Source: a virus (taxonomy: Duplodnaviria > Caudoviricetes). From it: a stretch of 64,000 nt of DNA. The stretch lies in IMG/VR virus record IMGVR_UViG_3300012031_000010, positions 6,511 to 70,510 of that record, one strand, 5' to 3'. The position numbers and the translations under genes are program-made. The notes under the pieces are model-generated. The model saw nothing but the letters and a program-made list of their open reading frames with translations. It did no database searches and was not told the origin of the DNA. This document shows positions 46,846 to 58,000 of this stretch, in pieces (positions within the stretch are counted from its first letter, which is position 1; every line of letters begins with the position of its first letter).

Positions 46846-48213
46846 ATGTCATTACAGATATTCAAAACTAATATGTTATCATATATGCAGAATCAAGATG
46901 GAATATCATCATTGGGGGATTTTGCAAATAAACTAACAACAGAATATGATTTATCTATTCGTAGGGGGTTTCAGACTATAAATAATGTTATGGTTCTACA
47001 GACTAACACACAGTTTATGAATACCATGGTAACACTTGCATTGACAAGTGCAATACAAAAACAAAACGGACAACATTCCGTTATAAACGATATAGGTAGG
47101 GGAATTATTGGATATTGGACGGGTGCAACATTAAATCTTGCACCAGTTCCTATTATACCCGCAACTGGTGCATTTCAGAATATACAGACTACATCAGCAT
47201 TGGTATCGAACCCAGGAACATTTCCAGATGTAGGCCCACAGATTCCTACGGGTGATTCGGCTAGATTCCTAGATCAACTTATTTTTGGAATACAAATGCA
47301 TTTACTTTCCATCGAGGGAATATATAACACGGTTTCACTATATCCCGGATTTCCAATACTGCCCCCTGCACCGGGGATACTCATTTGGAAGGGATTTTCC
47401 GTACCCAACTCGACACCAACTCCCGTCCGGCCGGCTTCAGTTATTGTATCCGAACTACAATCAACTGCAGATGAACTGGATGAAGAGCAAATTATAGCTA
47501 AGGAACAAGAATTAGTCGAAGCAAACATAGTTATTAATGATACCACACTTCCAACCGAGGGTAGAAATACTGCAAGGGATTACTCCAACTTATTACAGGA
47601 TGAAATATCTACACGTACTATAAACGCAACCCCATTAGAAATCAGTGATGATGAGTTGAGTACATTGACCAATAATATGAACGATATATATGAGTGTGTA
47701 CAAGGCAGATCGGTTGTCGCAATTGCAAAAAGGGATTTGGGTATATTGGAATTCGGTTCTCCTCCGGGATTAAACTACGGTGGGCATAGAAATGGATCCA
47801 ATATAAATAGACCAGGAAGAATAGATGAAATGTTTACTAACGTCGGGTTGGATAATCAAGAAAAAGTAAAACGCACAGGTAGTGGGTACTATTGGTGTGC
47901 GGCTGCTGTCGCTACGTGGTGGAAGGAAGCCGGTTTACCTATTCCGAACGGAGGAGCATCTTGTGATAATTGGTTAAATTGGGCTAAAAGTAATGGTTAT
48001 TTCTCCCAACAACCAAAAATAGGTGCAGCGGTGTTATATGGATCCGATACGGATGCACATCACATTGGAATTGTATCTACTGTTTTACCAAATGGTAGTA
48101 TTATTACAATAGAAGGTAATACGAGTGGTGGTGGGTTCGATAGGAACGGTGTGGGTGTATTTACCAAATCCCCAAAAAAATATATAGGATTCGTAATACC
48201 ACCTGGTTGTTAG
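46846..48213 (+). CDS. Virion-associated protein with a C-terminal CHAP/NlpC-type amidase
   Basis: YYWCAAAV, HHIGIV and TIEGNTS motifs. Confidence 0.8.
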   Translation: MSLQIFKTNMLSYMQNQDGISSLGDFANKLTTEYDLSIRRGFQTINNVMVLQTNTQFMNTMVTLALTSAIQKQNGQHSVINDIGRGIIGYWTGATLNLAPVPIIPATGAFQNIQTTSALVSNPGTFPDVGPQIPTGDSARFLDQLIFGIQMHLLSIEGIYNTVSLYPGFPILPPAPGILIWKGFSVPNSTPTPVRPASVIVSELQSTADELDEEQIIAKEQELVEANIVINDTTLPTEGRNTARDYSNLLQDEISTRTINATPLEISDDELSTLTNNMNDIYECVQGRSVVAIAKRDLGILEFGSPPGLNYGGHRNGSNINRPGRIDEMFTNVGLDNQEKVKRTGSGYYWCAAAVATWWKEAGLPIPNGGASCDNWLNWAKSNGYFSQQPKIGAAVLYGSDTDAHHIGIVSTVLPNGSIITIEGNTSGGGFDRNGVGVFTKSPKKYIGFVIPPGC

Positions 48214-48279
48214 ATGTAGCTAAAAATCCTAAAAAAAATATATCCACATATTTATAGTAGAACTATAATATAAAAACAT

Positions 48280-48867
48280 ATGAATTCAAAGAAGTTATCT
48301 AGAATTATTGAAATAATAGTACAGAAAGAAATTAAAAAACAATTACCAGCAATGGTATCGGAGGGAATTGCCAAATCTTTAATGCGAAATTCAATCGCTA
48401 GAAAATCAAAATCCACAAATACTCCAAATACCAAAGAAAAGAAACAAGATATGTTCACATTAGCAGAATCGGTTTTGAATCGAGAAAGGAATTCAATCAA
48501 AGAATCAGAACATGCGACGGAAATCAAGAGTCTAAGTAAAAATCCCATCTTAAATCAAATTTTAAATGAAACGAAACCATTCAGAGATGGTGCTGCGTTG
48601 GATTACGATGATGGTAATCAATACGATCAAACTACACATTTAAACGAAGATTTTAAAAATATGGATAAAACCATTGGACTGGATTCGAATGGTGCTGCCG
48701 GTGGTATGGATGCATTACGATCTCAAATGGCATCAAAAATGGGATATGGGGATATGGTGGGGCAAGGGCCACAGCAGGGAGGACTTGGAGTACAGACAGG
48801 AGTTCCTTCGTTGGATAAAGCAATGAATAGAAATTATAGTGAGTTAGTGAAAAAATTCAAAAAATAA
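48280..48867 (+). CDS. Hypothetical late protein
   Basis: 195 aa, after the late motif. Confidence 0.75.
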   Translation: MNSKKLSRIIEIIVQKEIKKQLPAMVSEGIAKSLMRNSIARKSKSTNTPNTKEKKQDMFTLAESVLNRERNSIKESEHATEIKSLSKNPILNQILNETKPFRDGAALDYDDGNQYDQTTHLNEDFKNMDKTIGLDSNGAAGGMDALRSQMASKMGYGDMVGQGPQQGGLGVQTGVPSLDKAMNRNYSELVKKFKK

Positions 48868-48876
48868 TAAGTAGGT

Positions 48877-49305
48877 ATGGCATATGTAATAGGTAAAAAG
48901 GTAGTTAAGGATACTACGGAGTTTAATGATTTTGCATATGGATTAACTTTACCTGTCCAACGGGGAAATACTGGATATTTCAGGCAAGGATTCACATCAT
49001 TCGATCAGGCAAAATCCAATCTTACCAATCTATTATTGACTGATATGGGGGAACGTGTTATGCAACCCAATTTCGGAACTGGCATTAAATCTCTTTTATT
49101 CGAACAAGCTACGGAGGATTTAGAAGAAAGGTTGCAATTAACAATAGAAGAAAGTGTAAATTTCTGGCTACCGTACATTAATATTGGTGACATAGAAATA
49201 ACAATGAGTGATGAAATGAGAGACAATAACCGAGCAGATGTTAGTATATCGTTTACAGTCGGAAATAGTATAGATACACAGGAAATAACATTTACAATAG
49301 AGTAA
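48877..49305 (+). CDS. gp25-like baseplate wedge subunit
   Basis: NLTNLLLTDMGERVMQPNFGTGI..LLFE and WLPYINI motifs. Confidence 0.9.
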   Translation: MAYVIGKKVVKDTTEFNDFAYGLTLPVQRGNTGYFRQGFTSFDQAKSNLTNLLLTDMGERVMQPNFGTGIKSLLFEQATEDLEERLQLTIEESVNFWLPYINIGDIEITMSDEMRDNNRADVSISFTVGNSIDTQEITFTIE

Positions 49306-49309
49306 TAAA

Positions 49310-51175
49310 ATGGCATTAAATAAAATATCAAGAAAAAACAACCAAAATCGGGATATAAAATATCTTAACAAAGATTTTAACGATTTTCGCGGCAATCTAA
49401 TAGAGTACGCTAAAACTTATTTTCCAAAGTCGTATTCGGATTTCAACGAAGCATCCCCAGGAACAATGTTTATAGAAATGGCATCGTACCTTGGTGATGT
49501 TCTGTCATACTACGTAGATGATTCATTAAAGGAATCACTCATGGTTCATGCTGAGGATAAAGAAAACGTCATTGCACTCGCAACATATCTTGGATATAAA
49601 CCAAAAGTAACAACACCTGCCTTGGTAAATTTATCGGTATATCAATTAGTACCATCAATTGGGACAGACGTGAACAATCAACCTGATTCAAGATTTTTTC
49701 TTCGTATTTCCGAGGGTATGGTAATCGAATCACAATCAAACGGTACACTATTCAGAAGTACCGAACTATTAGATTTTTCCGATGGAAATGACAGGGAAAT
49801 AACGGTACATGAGCGGGATACGACAACAGGTGAACCTACATTTTATTTAGCCAAAAAATCAGTAAAAGCAATTTCAGGTGTAGTCAGGGAAACTACTGTA
49901 TCATTTGGTTCACCGAATCAGTTCTCTACAATAGATTTATCGGAGACCAATGTAATAGATGTATTCGATGTTCGTGATGAAAATGGTAATAAATGGTATG
50001 AAGTACCCTATTTGGCACAAGAAATGGTTTTTCAGGATTATCCAGTATCGGATCAGACGGATGAGGATTTGTTACCGTATAAGGGAAGTGTTTCCAATGT
50101 ATTACGATTATTGAAAACTTCAAAGCGATTTGTAACACGGGTAAACGCTGATAATACGACTACAATCGTATTTGGTGGTGGTAACTCCAGTACATCCGAT
50201 GAATCACTCATACCTAATTTTAAAAATGTAGGATTGGGATTACAATCATCTATTGATAAATTAAGTACATCGTTCGATCCCGCCAATTTTTTAAAAACCA
50301 AAACATACGGTCAATCACCTAGTAATACAACATTGACCGTATCATATTTAACAGGAGGTGGTATTGGTTCAAATGTGCCACAGGGGGACTTAACAAGAAT
50401 CCAGTCAGCAGAATTTGATGATGATAACACTTTCTTTTCGACATCGGAGCGAGGACTATATAATCAAGTAAAATCATCCGTAGCGGTAGAAAACGAAGAA
50501 CCCGCTACAGGTGGTAGGGGTGCAGAAACAGTAGAAGAAATAAGACAAAATTCATTGGGTAATTTCGGTTCTCAAAATAGAGCGGTGACAACAAAGGATT
50601 ATCAAATACGTGCACTATCTATGCCATCGAAATATGGTGGAATTTCAAAAGCTTTTTGTGCACCCTATGGTAAAGAAGATTCACGTTCATTTGCATTAAA
50701 TCTATATGTATTGGGGTACGATGTAAACAAGAAACTATCAACGTTGAACCAAGGTGTTAAGGAAAACTTAAAAACCTACTTAAATGAGTATAGGTTACTT
50801 ACCGATGGTGTAAATATAATGAATGGACTTGTTATCAACATAGGTGTTGAGTTTGAAATACGGGTTTATAGTGGTTATAATAAAAGAGAAGTATTGGTAG
50901 CAGTTGTCAACGAGATAACCGATTACTTTAATATAGATAATTGGTCATTTAATATGCCAATAAACATAAGTGAGATAGAATTATTAATAGCTGGAATCGA
51001 GGGGGTTCAATCCGTACCAAATGTGGAAATAGTTAACAAGTGTTTAGGTAACTATTCGGTAAACTCATACAATATACAGGATGCAACCAAAGGTAAAATG
51101 GTTTACCCATCACTTGATCCCTCAATATTTGAAATACGTTTTCCAGCGAAAGACATACGGGGGAGGGCAATTTAA
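49310..51175 (+). CDS. Baseplate wedge protein (gp6/J-like)
   Basis: YLNKDF..FR.NLIEYAK, LGYKP, GGRGAETVEEIR and QNRAVT.KDY motifs. Confidence 0.88.
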   Translation: MALNKISRKNNQNRDIKYLNKDFNDFRGNLIEYAKTYFPKSYSDFNEASPGTMFIEMASYLGDVLSYYVDDSLKESLMVHAEDKENVIALATYLGYKPKVTTPALVNLSVYQLVPSIGTDVNNQPDSRFFLRISEGMVIESQSNGTLFRSTELLDFSDGNDREITVHERDTTTGEPTFYLAKKSVKAISGVVRETTVSFGSPNQFSTIDLSETNVIDVFDVRDENGNKWYEVPYLAQEMVFQDYPVSDQTDEDLLPYKGSVSNVLRLLKTSKRFVTRVNADNTTTIVFGGGNSSTSDESLIPNFKNVGLGLQSSIDKLSTSFDPANFLKTKTYGQSPSNTTLTVSYLTGGGIGSNVPQGDLTRIQSAEFDDDNTFFSTSERGLYNQVKSSVAVENEEPATGGRGAETVEEIRQNSLGNFGSQNRAVTTKDYQIRALSMPSKYGGISKAFCAPYGKEDSRSFALNLYVLGYDVNKKLSTLNQGVKENLKTYLNEYRLLTDGVNIMNGLVINIGVEFEIRVYSGYNKREVLVAVVNEITDYFNIDNWSFNMPINISEIELLIAGIEGVQSVPNVEIVNKCLGNYSVNSYNIQDATKGKMVYPSLDPSIFEIRFPAKDIRGRAI

Positions 51176-51176
51176 T

Positions 51177-52199
51177 ATGTATCAATTTTACACAGCATCA
51201 AAGGATGCCACGATTTACAAACAACAACCGAACCAAAATACAGGTTTGGATGAACTTATAGAAATATCATCTACATATGTGCTTGGATCCAAGGATGTAT
51301 CCAGAGGATTGATTAAATTCAATGTCAATGAAATTTCATCATCTATATTTTCAGGTGAGGTAACGATGAGTTCGGCTGAATTAGTATTAAGAGAATGTGA
51401 GAGTGAAGAAATTCCAACAAACTATACACTATATATGTACCAACTTCAAGAAGATTGGGACATGGGTATCGGTACAAAATATGATGATATATCAACATCT
51501 GGTGTCAATTGGAAAAACAAATCGACAGATAGTGTTTGGGGAAGTGATGGTGGAACTTTCTTATCTTCTAGTGTAGTTTCACAATCAGTTGAGTATTTAG
51601 CATATGATGTAACATTTGATGTTGCAACACCATTGAATACTTGGATAGATGGTAATGTTACAGATTATGGTTGGATAATCAAGTTCGGAGATGTCGAAGA
51701 AAGTGATTTGGTCGATTATGGGAAACTTCAATTTTTCGGTAAAGAAACAAATACGATATACCAACCGAAACTTAGAATTGGTTGGGATGATTCGGTATTT
51801 ACCACAGGATCTCTTCCGGAGTTAACATCAGAAAATATAAAGGTATCATATAAGGGATTAAAAACAAAATATAAAGAAGGACAAATACCATTAATACGCG
51901 TTTTCGGTAGAGAACAGTATCCGTTAAAAACCTATATTTCACAATACTCATACAGGGATATATCATATTTACCCGAAACTACTTATTACCAAATCAAGGA
52001 TGCAATAACCCATGAAGTTGTGTTGCCGTTCGGTGAGTACACGAAAGTTAGTTGTGATGGTAATGGAAATTTCATAAGATTGAATTTATCAGGATGGGAG
52101 ACCAATCGTGATTATTATATTGAAATAAAAACAGTACGGGCAGGTATCGAAGATTATTTTGCCGATGATGACATAGTGTTTACAGTAGAGAAACGATAA
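51177..52199 (+). CDS. Virion structural protein (DNRLRE-like beta domain)
   Basis: ASKDATIY...SRGLIKF...YQPKLRIGWDD; likely start MYQFYTASK. Confidence 0.7.
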   Translation: MYQFYTASKDATIYKQQPNQNTGLDELIEISSTYVLGSKDVSRGLIKFNVNEISSSIFSGEVTMSSAELVLRECESEEIPTNYTLYMYQLQEDWDMGIGTKYDDISTSGVNWKNKSTDSVWGSDGGTFLSSSVVSQSVEYLAYDVTFDVATPLNTWIDGNVTDYGWIIKFGDVEESDLVDYGKLQFFGKETNTIYQPKLRIGWDDSVFTTGSLPELTSENIKVSYKGLKTKYKEGQIPLIRVFGREQYPLKTYISQYSYRDISYLPETTYYQIKDAITHEVVLPFGEYTKVSCDGNGNFIRLNLSGWETNRDYYIEIKTVRAGIEDYFADDDIVFTVEKR

Positions 52200-52202
52200 T
52201 AA

Positions 52203-53441
52203 ATGACCGGAAATTATTTTAAAGAGCAATACGAAAATTCCCCACAAATACGGAAAGGAATAGATACCATTTTAAGCTCGACGAGTTATACAGATGAGTA
52301 CAAGGCAAAAATACGTACTTATTTGGAAGGTATTGATGTTGATTCATTTTCAGATCAAGATAAATTGAGTATTTCAACATCGACTTCGTCCGATGGTATA
52401 AAATTATCGACTAGAAGGGGTATAAGTGGTGGATTTATAGAACGCCCATCATATATAGAAGAAGAACTTAAACGAGCCTTGGATGTGGACGTGGATGAAT
52501 TAATATCACTTCCACCAGAGCAACGTGCAGAAACCGTATTGAAATCCAAGTATGATGCGTTACAAAAATTATATCAGGATTCAGTTTCGGAATTATCAGA
52601 TTTAACAAATGTATATAACGATGCATTATCTGATATAGAACGATTAAAATTAGAAATAGAATCATTAAATCAGGTTGTCGATGCACAAAAATTATTAACT
52701 GCAGTCGCTAACAACGAATCGGAGTCTGCTAATGCAAGATATGCATCATTATTGATGGATTTTCAATCTGCATTACAAAAGGGAATTCAAGAAGCGATTG
52801 AACGAGTTTCATTGGAAGCACAAGTTAGGGGTCTACAGGCACAGAAGGAGGTATTGAATAGATTATTACAAGCTGAAACTGCAAGAGCTGAATCTGAAAC
52901 CGTTCGCGCAAATGCTAGTTTGGAATTAGCAAATGAAACTCAAATCCGACAAGCATCTTCACAAGTTCTAGATGGAATTAATGGAACGTTTGATCAGGGA
53001 ACTAATTCAGGATGGAAATTACCACAAGGAGAAATTACCAGGAACACTGATGTGCTATTTATACGTACCCGAAATGATAATGATGTTAGAACTTTACAGG
53101 GAACTGCAATAAATATTTATAATTTTAACGATGAGAGTGACCAAGTTTTCACTATTTCAGTAACGGGAGACGCACGGGGTTGGTTAGCCGCCCCAAGTAC
53201 AATAACAATACCAGCTAGAGTAGGTTCGGTTGCGGGTGTAGGATACCTAACACTTCGATGGAGTCCAAAGGGTCGCACGGGTAGAAGGAATACGACATTC
53301 CAAGGGTCGGTTCAAATTAACGGATCACTTGGGGATACATATTTAATAGAAGCTAAGTACGAAAAGGAAGTAGCACGTAGGGATACTTGGCCGGCGATTG
53401 GTAGAGTTGGTACAGTAATAGGTAGTGAATTTAACGGATAA
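52203..53441 (+). CDS. Structural protein with a central coiled coil
   Basis: 412 aa, within the structural operon. Confidence 0.75.
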   Translation: MTGNYFKEQYENSPQIRKGIDTILSSTSYTDEYKAKIRTYLEGIDVDSFSDQDKLSISTSTSSDGIKLSTRRGISGGFIERPSYIEEELKRALDVDVDELISLPPEQRAETVLKSKYDALQKLYQDSVSELSDLTNVYNDALSDIERLKLEIESLNQVVDAQKLLTAVANNESESANARYASLLMDFQSALQKGIQEAIERVSLEAQVRGLQAQKEVLNRLLQAETARAESETVRANASLELANETQIRQASSQVLDGINGTFDQGTNSGWKLPQGEITRNTDVLFIRTRNDNDVRTLQGTAINIYNFNDESDQVFTISVTGDARGWLAAPSTITIPARVGSVAGVGYLTLRWSPKGRTGRRNTTFQGSVQINGSLGDTYLIEAKYEKEVARRDTWPAIGRVGTVIGSEFNG

Positions 53442-53444
53442 GAG

Positions 53445-55022
53445 ATGGCAATAAAGGGGTTTAAGGATATAGTCGACAAAAAGGGATACCGAGTATCCAA
53501 GAAAGATAGGGTAATCATCGAAAGAGAATTGAAGAAATCCCTCTTTGGTATTGGTGATGGTGTTTGGTTTCGCCACGGTGAAACGGATACAATCGAATTT
53601 ATTTTATATGATTCGAATGATAATCAATTACCACAGGGTGATGATGGTAGGTTAGTTAGATATATTTATCTGGATGATGCTAATATAAAATCATACTTTA
53701 TTATAAATGAAGATGAGACTAGTAGAAATAAAATAAACGATGCACAGGAATATGTTGTAGATTCCGAACGGTTAATAAAAGAGGCAGGGTATTCAAGTGG
53801 TATATTTAAATCCCAAATAACTCTACTCAACAGACGTGTAGGGTCGGAGGAAAGACCACATGATAAACTTTGGATACATGAAATTTCCCCATCTCGTACA
53901 GAAATAAGGGTATTACCCATGAGGGATAATGATGATATGATACTACATGATCTACAAAAGAGATACGATGTTTTTACAAGTGATAGAAATTTTCGTGATG
54001 ATACCATACTAGCCGTCAGAAGTTTCATAGAACAAATAAATATACAATCGGTATTCGAAAACCTCCTAAAATTAAAAGGTAGGGTTTCCGAGGGACAAGG
54101 GTATATAAATTTGATTAAAAGGGAATTTGGAATTGATAGTTTTGAATTATATTTAACAAGAGTCAAGAACAAATATATTCAGGCAATGGATTATTATGTG
54201 GCCAATCGTGAGTATGATGTATATTCAATTAACTACGGAAAACCACTGAAAACCCAACCGCCCATAGACTTGGGTGTCGAAAGTATATTATCGGTCGCTA
54301 CCGATGTTCTATATAAAATTATCGATAAGGAATTACCAAATCGTAATTTACAACCAGAAAGCAGATTATCATTGGAAGATCAAATAACCTTTGATAAACT
54401 ACAAAATATATTAAAAAGTACGACAGATTCATCAATTTATAATTCCACAGTACCACCGAGTATAGGGGCGGTTGTTCGTGGTTGTACTAATCCAGATGCA
54501 AGAAATTACAATCCGTTAGCAATATATGATGATGGTTCATGTGTAATTGAACTACCTCAATTAGAACAAGATATTATTCCAAATATATATGGGTGTATGG
54601 ATAAGGCTGCACTGAATTATAACCCACTTGCAACACAAATGGATAGATCATGTGTATATAAAATCGATGCGCCCGAAACTACTACAATTAGATATTTCTG
54701 CCATTCTGAATCATGCACGGTGCAATATCGTAATGCAGATAACATCGTAGTGAACAAAATAGTACCTGATTCTGGAGTATCGATACAATATATTACAGGA
54801 ACTAAACCAATTCTACGTGGTGATGTAAAGACGTTTGAAAAAGTAAAAAAAGTTGTTCTAGTTAGGTGTAGCGATAAGACCGCAATTAACTTCGGACAAG
54901 TTGGTCATTGTGTTTATAGTAGATATCCAGTACGGGATGGAGTTACACCAAGAAAATTGGATCCAGGACGTTTACTTAACATCGATGAACATGATAGGAT
55001 TAACATTAGGAATTATTATTAA
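53445..55022 (+). CDS. Structural protein with two GC..NYNP.A...D.SC repeats
   Basis: IHEISPSRTEIRV, GCTNPDARNYNPLAIYDDGSC and GCMDKAALNYNPLATQMDRSC. Confidence 0.78.
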   Translation: MAIKGFKDIVDKKGYRVSKKDRVIIERELKKSLFGIGDGVWFRHGETDTIEFILYDSNDNQLPQGDDGRLVRYIYLDDANIKSYFIINEDETSRNKINDAQEYVVDSERLIKEAGYSSGIFKSQITLLNRRVGSEERPHDKLWIHEISPSRTEIRVLPMRDNDDMILHDLQKRYDVFTSDRNFRDDTILAVRSFIEQINIQSVFENLLKLKGRVSEGQGYINLIKREFGIDSFELYLTRVKNKYIQAMDYYVANREYDVYSINYGKPLKTQPPIDLGVESILSVATDVLYKIIDKELPNRNLQPESRLSLEDQITFDKLQNILKSTTDSSIYNSTVPPSIGAVVRGCTNPDARNYNPLAIYDDGSCVIELPQLEQDIIPNIYGCMDKAALNYNPLATQMDRSCVYKIDAPETTTIRYFCHSESCTVQYRNADNIVVNKIVPDSGVSIQYITGTKPILRGDVKTFEKVKKVVLVRCSDKTAINFGQVGHCVYSRYPVRDGVTPRKLDPGRLLNIDEHDRINIRNYY

Positions 55023-55059
55023 TATCCACACAAATAAAATATTTAGATATTTATAACCA

Positions 55060-58000
55060 ATGGCACTAATATTAAGATCACGTACATCTGATAGAACGCC
55101 CCTATTTGATAGGGGTGATAACACACGCACACCCAATATTATAATTTCACCTAATGAGAATTTAAGAAGAAATATTACAACATTCACGCCGGGAACGTCA
55201 CCTCCGCGGGATGAAAGAATTATAATTCGAGATAGTGATATGGAACCCAGATTACCATCACTGATGTTAGTACCCGATAGTAGGTTGATAATAACGACTA
55301 AAAGTGATCCAACATTTGCAGAAATTATTATATCAGGTACATCCACTAAAAATACTGCTCCCCACTCATACTCATTCGATTATCGGGAATTATTAGATCC
55401 AAAGGAATTTATAGCTAAAAAAACTGGGTTTATATCGAATACATCCTATAAAGTTAGTTCAAGAATTACTACTGATAAAATAACGGGAACAGGTCGTATA
55501 ATCTATACTATAATAAAAAGAGTCGGAAATAGAACGGATGTCCAACAACTAGTTGCAAGTGGACCAAGTAGTGTTCTTGCATTGGATTTCCCATTGAACC
55601 AAGATAGTATTCCAGTTGATATACCCGAAAACAATATACGGGAATACATAATTGAATTTGAGGTAAATATGCCGTCGGATTCTTCATTTAAGTACTTAAC
55701 TTCCGATGGACAAACGGGTACTCTTGTAAATAATTCGGATATATCTGTCATCATAAAGGAAAGATTGGAAGGACAACTTGCATGGATAGAAATACAACAA
55801 CCTCAACAATCAAAATCGAAACTTAATGTAAAATACAGTATAACCGATTCCGGATCCACGCGAGTTTCCGAGTTTACGGATGATGTAAGAAAAATACTAA
55901 GGATAGGAACTACTAAAATAAAAGTAGATGTTGATAAGGGTGTAGATATAATAGCGGGCCAGACACCTATTGTGGCAGTAGAAAATGATAATTTAGAGTA
56001 TAATATTTCATCGAACGGTAGTGTGGATATATCATACATTTCTGAAAATACAGATAGGGTATCATATTCCATAGGTAATATAGTACGTGATGCTGAATCG
56101 AGTGGGGTAATTAAATTATACCAATCGGATTTTCCTAACGGTATAGGACAATACACATTAATACTACAACCGATATCGAACCAGAATGGTAGCGGTTTAA
56201 TAAAACGTGTCAACATTAATGTTGTTAGTAAAACTTATTTACCGGGGCCCGACATTACAAAGATAAATTACCCATATAACATCAAAGGTGCTGATTTCAG
56301 AGGGTATGATGAAAATTTCAAAATATCTTGGCAATCGGTAAATACAAACTATATAGAAGTCTACGTAAGTAAAAAATCAAGCGAATTTAGTTTAGCTAAA
56401 GTTGCTGGATCTGGTGCACTTACACTTAATGTTGCAAATGTATTAAGGAAATCAAAACAATCTTTTAATGATTCGGATAAAACACTGACGTTCGATTTGA
56501 TATTAATACCATATAACACCGAGGGAAACTCGGTAGTGAGCGGTAAACAGGAAAAGATTACAATCGTATTTGATAAATCGGATTTAAAATTAAAACGTAA
56601 TCAGGTATTACGTGATATAAGAACATCATTTGAACTGGGGTTCAATGAGGATACATTGAGGGAACAGACTTCAAGATTTCTGACTCATTTGGCTCACTTT
56701 GGAGATGGTGATAATAAATTGATTTCTACATGGGGAATCGATACGGAGACATTTTCGGTTTATGAAACTGATTCAGAGACATCACAAAGAAGAAGGGTAG
56801 AATTTAACCCATCTTTGGTCCTTAAACTATACGAACCACTTCCCACCTCGGTGCAACCGAATCAACAACTTTGGGTATCAAAGGCACAGACGTTACCTAC
56901 AATAGAACAAATCATTCTAACAGATGATGAGGTAAAATCATGTATCGATTTACAACCTAACTTTGGTTTGGATATAAGTGATGATATAGGGTATCAGATT
57001 TTAGATGATTTGGTTGCGAGTGGATCCGTTAGTTCGACACAGTTGATACAACAGTATATAGGAGATAATGAATTCTCATTGCAAAAATTAGATTTACAAT
57101 TTGACACTGGCAGTGATTATGCATGGGAAAATTTTGTAAAATACTCATCTGCCGCCGAAAGAATCGAGAACTTCGTGTACAAGGTTCAATTGTTGGAATT
57201 TTATAGTGCATCAATATTCACATTACAGAGTGGATCCGATGCAGGTGTAGTATCGGTGATAAATGAAATATCTAGAACAAACGAAAAGATTATATCTACC
57301 AAACAGGGATTTGATGCGTTTGAAAACCATATATATACCGTAGATAGTCCAATATCATATCCAGGTGCAGGTCAAAATGAAATAAGTTCATCGAATAGTA
57401 CGGATGTTACATCGTGGTATAATTTCGCAATAGGTTCGGCTCGATCATTCGATGAATATAATGTGGATAAGTTAACCAATAACATTCCACAACATTTTGT
57501 CAACGATGCAAACGGCCAGGATTATATGTTGTTCTTCAATATGATAGGACAACACTTTGATATCCTATGGAGTTACATTAGAAAATTCTCCAAATCCAAG
57601 CAACTGGAACACACCAATAAAGGTGGTATCACAGATGAACTGGTGTATCATATGTTGGAATCACTAGGATGGGATGCTGACATGGGTGTGAAATCCCAAG
57701 TCCTATGGGAATATGCATTCGGTAAGAACAAGGATGGTTCTTCTGCATCGATTATGACGGGTAAAGAACGACAACAGGAAGTATGGAGACGATTATTGAA
57801 TAACCTACCGTATATCTACAAACATAAGGGTACAAAGAGGGCATTGAATGCTGCAATGGCGTGTTATGGTATACCAACATCCATGTTAACCATAATGGAG
57901 TTCGGTGGCCCTAAAGACCCGACAACAAGTGGAACTTCAAAGTTTACATTTGATGATAGGACTGCTGCAATAAATTTTGATGGAGCTGCAAATATATTAG

